From contig OZ024742.1 in the NCBI GenBank assembly GCA_964016885.1, forward strand, positions 278,628,001 to 278,692,000: a stretch of DNA of 64,000 bases, written 5' to 3'. The DNA comes from Eledone cirrhosa. Its lineage: Eukaryota. The notes below the pieces were generated by a model. The model did no database searches. It was not told the DNA's origin and saw only the letters and a list, made by a program, of their open reading frames with translations. This document shows positions 58,489 to 64,000 of the stretch, one piece after another (position 1 is the first letter of the stretch; every line of letters begins with the position of its first letter). The translations under genes were made by a program, and so were the position numbers.

Positions 58489-58615
58489 TAAGTTTGAAGA
58501 ATAGCCAGACCAAATTTATCCAATTCTTTTCTTCTTAGTCCGTAGAAATTAACTAGATAGATAATCAATTAAACGGAACTAAGTTTAAAGAAAAAAATAT
58601 ATATTTATATATATA

Positions 58616-59365
58616 CTAGCAGAATGGCCCGGCGTTGCTTGGGCTTCTAAATATAGATTGGCATGTTTATCCCTCCTTTCTGAAACAGTGCAGAGAAGTA
58701 CGGAATACCTCAGCCTGGGGATGGTGTCTACATTTTGTGCTTATGAAAAAAAATTCGTCGTAGATTACCAGAGGTTTAACTTAATTGGGTGCCTGAGAGT
58801 AAAATGTTCAACCCACGAAAGCCAAGACGATAGGGTTAAGTAAAAAGGCATTCGACAAACCGAACATGTATTTGTTGTGCTATGGTACAATGACAGTTAC
58901 AGAGCAGTAAGTGCAGTGGTGGAGAGCATGAAGGAATTTAGTTGGATACTTTTAAGTTACAAAATTCTACCCAATCTGATATAGACCGAACTGTTATATC
59001 GGATGCCGAAAGCTTCGGAGTTACTATTGCGGTCACCATCAACAATTTTAAGGGATGTACGTTTATGTAGGGATAATATAGTCTATAATGAGAGGTAACT
59101 CTTTCAAAATACTAAAGAGTTGTCTCTCTTAAACATTGTAACAAAATTGCCGACAAAATGGGCTTACAGTTTTAGTGAAAAAAACGCTTTTAACAACAGA
59201 AAATTTAAACATTAAAGCTGCAGTTAATATCTTTAGACTGCAAGGAATATATAAATGCAAGTTTGATGTCAATCGGAATAGAAATGTGGATTTGTATAGA
59301 CTTTGCAAAAATTAGGACACACACACACACACAGACAATTTCAGTTTTATATATATATGTATAGA
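58616..59365 (-). mobile_element. Non-autonomous Helitron
   Basis: On - strand: 5' A|TCTATAC..TATAAAACTGAAATTGTCTGTGTG, 3' hairpin CCCAAGCAACGCCGGG followed by CTAG|T. Confidence 0.75.
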
Positions 59366-59609
59366 TGATATACACGTCATCTGATGGAGGTGGGGTGGGT
59401 ATTTTGGTCTAATTAGATCCGAAAGCGATTAAAGTTGTTTATCGTTTGTTTCAATTGAGATGGAAAGACGTAGTTTCTGGCATGTTTACATATTTACATG
59501 CATACGTATTAGAAAAGTGTATACATTTATACAGGTTAGGGTGGTCTCGCTTAGACACTCAGTATTTATACCGATATAATTTTTAAAAAACAACAACATA
59601 TATATATAT

Positions 59610-59802
59610 AACAAATAAAGTGTGGCAAGGAACCAGGTGAACCATAATTACTCGATACTTAAGGTAGTAGAGTGGGTAATAAGAAAAGAGTCAGGACCCG
59701 GTCTGCTGAGCTTCAGCCGTTTCGACAGATAGATACGACAGCCAGGTCGGATCTAACTGTCGAACAGCCGGATCTCAGCCATCGGCGTCCTGACTCTTTT
59801 CA
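59610..59802. mobile_element. Diverged fold-back family D fragment
   Basis: GAAAAGAGTCAGGAC..GTCCTGACTCTTTTC arms; left extension about 70 nt. Confidence 0.65.
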
Positions 59803-60195
59803 TATATATATATGGGGGGAGGGGCGTCTGCGAGAGGGAGAACTCGTTGATATACGTGAGTGCATATGCATATGTGAGCGTGGAAGAAAAACAAAATAAA
59901 AAATCAACTACAACAACAATGGCGTCAACAGTTGTAGGAACAAAAACAAGAAACAATTGTGATATTAGTACAATCACGCTCCATTAATTCTAACATAATA
60001 AAGTCATCTCCAGATAGAAGAGTTGATAATTCTGCTGGAAAATCTGCCAGCGGAAGTTAAGTCTTAGAGAACATAATTTAGAGCAACCAATTTGGATTAG
60101 TTATGTTTGAGGATGCGGGTACGCATGAGTGATTGTGTATGCGTATATGTTCAAGTGAGTACGCACACATACACATTTATGCATATATATATGCA

Positions 60196-60339
<144 letters not shown>

Positions 60340-60365
60340 CATATATGTATATATATATATATACA

Positions 60366-60424
<59 letters not shown>

Positions 60425-60517
60425 GTATATATATATATATATATACATATATGTATATATATATATATATACATATATGTATATATATACATATATGTAT
60501 ATATATATATATTAACA

Positions 60518-60621
<104 letters not shown>

Positions 60622-60943
60622 TGTATATATTAAATTTACTGTTTGTGTGTATATCTCTGTATTATTCATGGCTTTACTCTTTGCAGATTTTTATAAAAAC
60701 AACAACAATAACAACAATAACAACAGCATTATTTTAAGTACTATTTTATTTTACATTCTTTCACATTATTTTGTTAAATTGTATATTCAATTTTATTGAA
60801 ATCTGAAACAATTCTTTGCATAAAAAACATAAATAAAAACCACACAAACATTGACACAAAGAAAACTTCAGTCATTACATCGATAAAAGAAAAAATAGCA
60901 ACAACGACAACGGCCATGACCATAACAATAACATATACAACAG

Positions 60944-61163
60944 TAATGGTTTCTTATAGGCACAGGGCCAGCAATTTAAGGGGAGGGGTAAGTCGTTTAA
61001 GTCGACCCCAGATCATTACTGGTGCTCTATGTTATCGACCCCGTTAGGATGGTAGGCAAAAATTAACCTCGGCGGGATTTGAACTCAGATCGTAAAGGGC
61101 CGTGACTCTATGCTGCAAAGCATGGCGCCCGACTCTCTACCGATACTGCGAAAACACCACCCT
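60944..61163 (-). mobile_element. Nin/Deu-domain SINE
   Basis: Reverse-complement full-length SINE. Confidence 0.85.
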
Positions 61164-61833
61164 AACATCTCCAACAATAATAATTACAAAAATGACCATG
61201 CCGATAAACAAAAATCTATCTCTACAAAAATATAACACCAACTACTACATCAACACTAGCAACAACAATGATCATAGCAATGATAACGTCAACAACGACA
61301 ACCAATGAAAACAACAACAACAAAACACCAGCAGCACCACCAGCAACAACAACAATAACGATACAGATCTATCAATATTTTCCGACAACTGCAAGCACCA
61401 CCATCTCTATTACCAGATCCAAATCAATTTAGTGTCACTCGGGGCCAGCTATTATTCCTACAAATAAATAAAGAATGAATGAAGCAAAAGAAGGAAAGAT
61501 ATAATGTAAGAAAGGAAATAGTAAAAATAAAGAAAGACAACAAGAAAGAAAGAGCAATAAGGAGAGAAACAGCAAAAATAGCAGAAACAAATATGGCCGA
61601 AACAGCAAGAAAGAGAGAAAAGAGCGAAAAAGCAAGAAGGCAAGAAAGAGAGAAAGAAAAAATGAACAAAAGACAGAATGAGCAAGAGAGAGAGAAAAAA
61701 GAAAAAGACTGAAACAGCAAGAAGGAAATTGAGAAGTAAATAAAAAAAAAGAAGGAAGTTAAAAGAGAGAGAAAGAGAGATAGAGAGAGATAGAGAAAAA
61801 GAGGGAAATATAGTGCGGTTTACATATAGAGAC

Positions 61834-61898
<65 letters not shown>

Positions 61899-62099
61899 GA
61901 GAGAGAGAGAGAGAGAGAGGGGGAGAGAGAGAGAGAAAGAAAAAGAGAGAGAATACGAAAGTCTAAAATAAAAATATAAGCCAGAATGTTTTCAATGCAA
62001 ATAGTGGAATATTTGAATTAGTAACATCAACGATGTGTAAATCAGTAATAATATGAAGCGTAAAGAAATACCAAAACTCGCTCAAAGCGTGATATACGA

Positions 62100-64000
62100 C
62101 ACAATACTGTACTTCACTTAACTACACTACACTCCACTATACTATATCCGTGCCCTATACTATATGACTGCAGCAGATTTTACTAGATTGCTCTACATTA
62201 TATTGCGCTGCACTACACCAAACTATTCCTAACTAGACTGCATTATAATGTCCTACAAACAGAAGTTAGTGATATAATACAGTGCAGTGTATTATAATAC
62301 ACTGCACTGTGTTATATCACTAACTGCACTACATTACACTACACTACACTATACTGCACTACACTACTATACAGGACACTGTACTGCACTACGCAACACT
62401 ACAATGTGCTGCACTACGCTACACTACACTACACTACGCAACACTACAATGTGCTGCACTACGCTACACTACACTACGCAACACTACAATGTGCTGCACT
62501 ACACTACACTACACTACACTACGCAACACTACAATGTGCTGCACTACGCTACACTACACTGTACTGCACTACGCTACGGTATACTGTACTACACTACGCT
62601 ACACTACACTACACTACGCAACACTACAATGTGCCGCACTACGCTACACTACACTACACTGTACTGCACTATGCTACGCTACACTGTACTGCACTACACT
62701 ACACTACACTACACTACACTACACTACACTGTACTGCACTACGCTACTATAAACGACACTGTACTGCACTACGCAACACTACAATGTACTGCACTACGCT
62801 ACACTACACTACATTGTACTGCACTACGCTACGCTACACTGTACTGCACTTCACTACACTACACTACACTGTACTGCACAACGCTACGCTACACTGTACT
62901 GCACTACACTACACTACACTACACTACACTGTACTTCACTACGCTACGGTATACTGTACTGCACTACACTACACTGTACTGCACTACACTGTACTGCACT
63001 ACGTTACACTACACTGTACTGCACTACGCTACGGTATACTGTACTACACTACACTACACCGTACTGCACTACACTACACTACACTGTACTGCACTACGCT
63101 ACACTACACGACACTGCACTGCACTACGCTACACTACACTGTACTGCACTGCGTTACACTATACTGTACTGCAATACGTTACACTCCACTGTACTGCACT
63201 ACGCTACAGTATACTGTACTACACTACACTACACTGTACTGCACTACACTACACTGTACTGTACTGCACTACGCTACACTACACAACACTGCGCTGCACT
63301 ACGCTACACTACACTGTACTGCATTACGCTACACTACACAACACTGCACTGCACTACGCTACACTACACTGTACTGCACTACGCTACACTACACAACACT
63401 GTACTGCACTACGCTACACTACACTGTACTGCATTACGCTACACTACACTGTATTGCACTACACTACACTACACTGTACTGCACTACGCTACATGTCACT
63501 GTACTGCACTACACTACACTACACTACACTGTACTGCACTACACTACACTACACTGTACTGCACTACGCTACACTACACTGTACTGCACTACGCTACATG
63601 TCACTGTACTGCACTACGCTACACTACACTGTACTGCACTACGCTACATGTCACTGTACTGCACTACACTACACAACACTGTACTGCACTACACTACGCT
63701 ACACTGTACTGCACTACGCTACACTGTACTGCACTGCAGTGCACTGCACTACTCTACACTACACTGTACTGCACTACACTACACTACACGACATTGTACT
63801 GCACTACCGAAGACTATACGATACTGTACTGCACTACCGCACGCTATACGACACTGTACTGCATTACCACACTACACGATACTGTACTACACTGCCACAT
63901 ACTACACGATTCTGTACTGCACTACTGCACACTACAGGATACTATACTCACTACACTACACTACACTACACTACACTACACTACACTACACTACACTACA
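62100..64000. repeat. 5-bp-period satellite (ACACT/GCACT/GTACT/ACGCT variants)
   Basis: Direct reading; runs to the window end. Confidence 0.95.

Noticed and set aside
60018-60066. TTGATAA followed by a 9-bp hairpin and GTTAAGTC
   Set aside because: Suggests another U3-A8 HHR, but GAAA and stem I are missing
62100-64000. CRISPR array or telomere
   Set aside because: No unique spacers and not TTAGGG; a simple degenerate pentamer satellite

Overview
This is a very AT-rich, microsatellite-dense animal intergenic or intronic window with no recognisable host gene. The tRNA-derived Nin/Deu-domain SINEs suggest a cephalopod, probably Octopus (inference). Nearly all short ORFs in the track are (TA)n/(CA)n/(GAT)n artefacts. 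The real coding content is three families of Penelope-like retroelements (PLEs; RT plus C-terminal GIY-YIG): two near-identical full-length copies of family A, a 4.7-kb fold-back of family B, and a fragment of family C. Read at RNA level, the window also holds more than 20 type-I hammerhead ribozyme (HHR) motifs from more than 10 unrelated PLE-like families, most inserted into (TA)n. Four patterns stand out. (1) Four families use a compensatory U3-A8 core (UUGANAA instead of CUGANGA). (2) Many have stem II expanded to 40-100 nt branched domains. (3) A near-identical 591-bp non-coding tandem repeat carries an intact U3-A8 HHR in each copy, like a retrozyme. (4) About 13 insertions share a two-ended architecture: two tail-out inverted copies of the element 3' end, the shorter ending at a family-specific internal TA 50-170 nt before the long end. 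Also present are Helitron-like and hAT-like non-autonomous elements, RTE-derived SINE-like repeats and a 5-bp satellite. All structures were paired by eye; no database search or folding was run.
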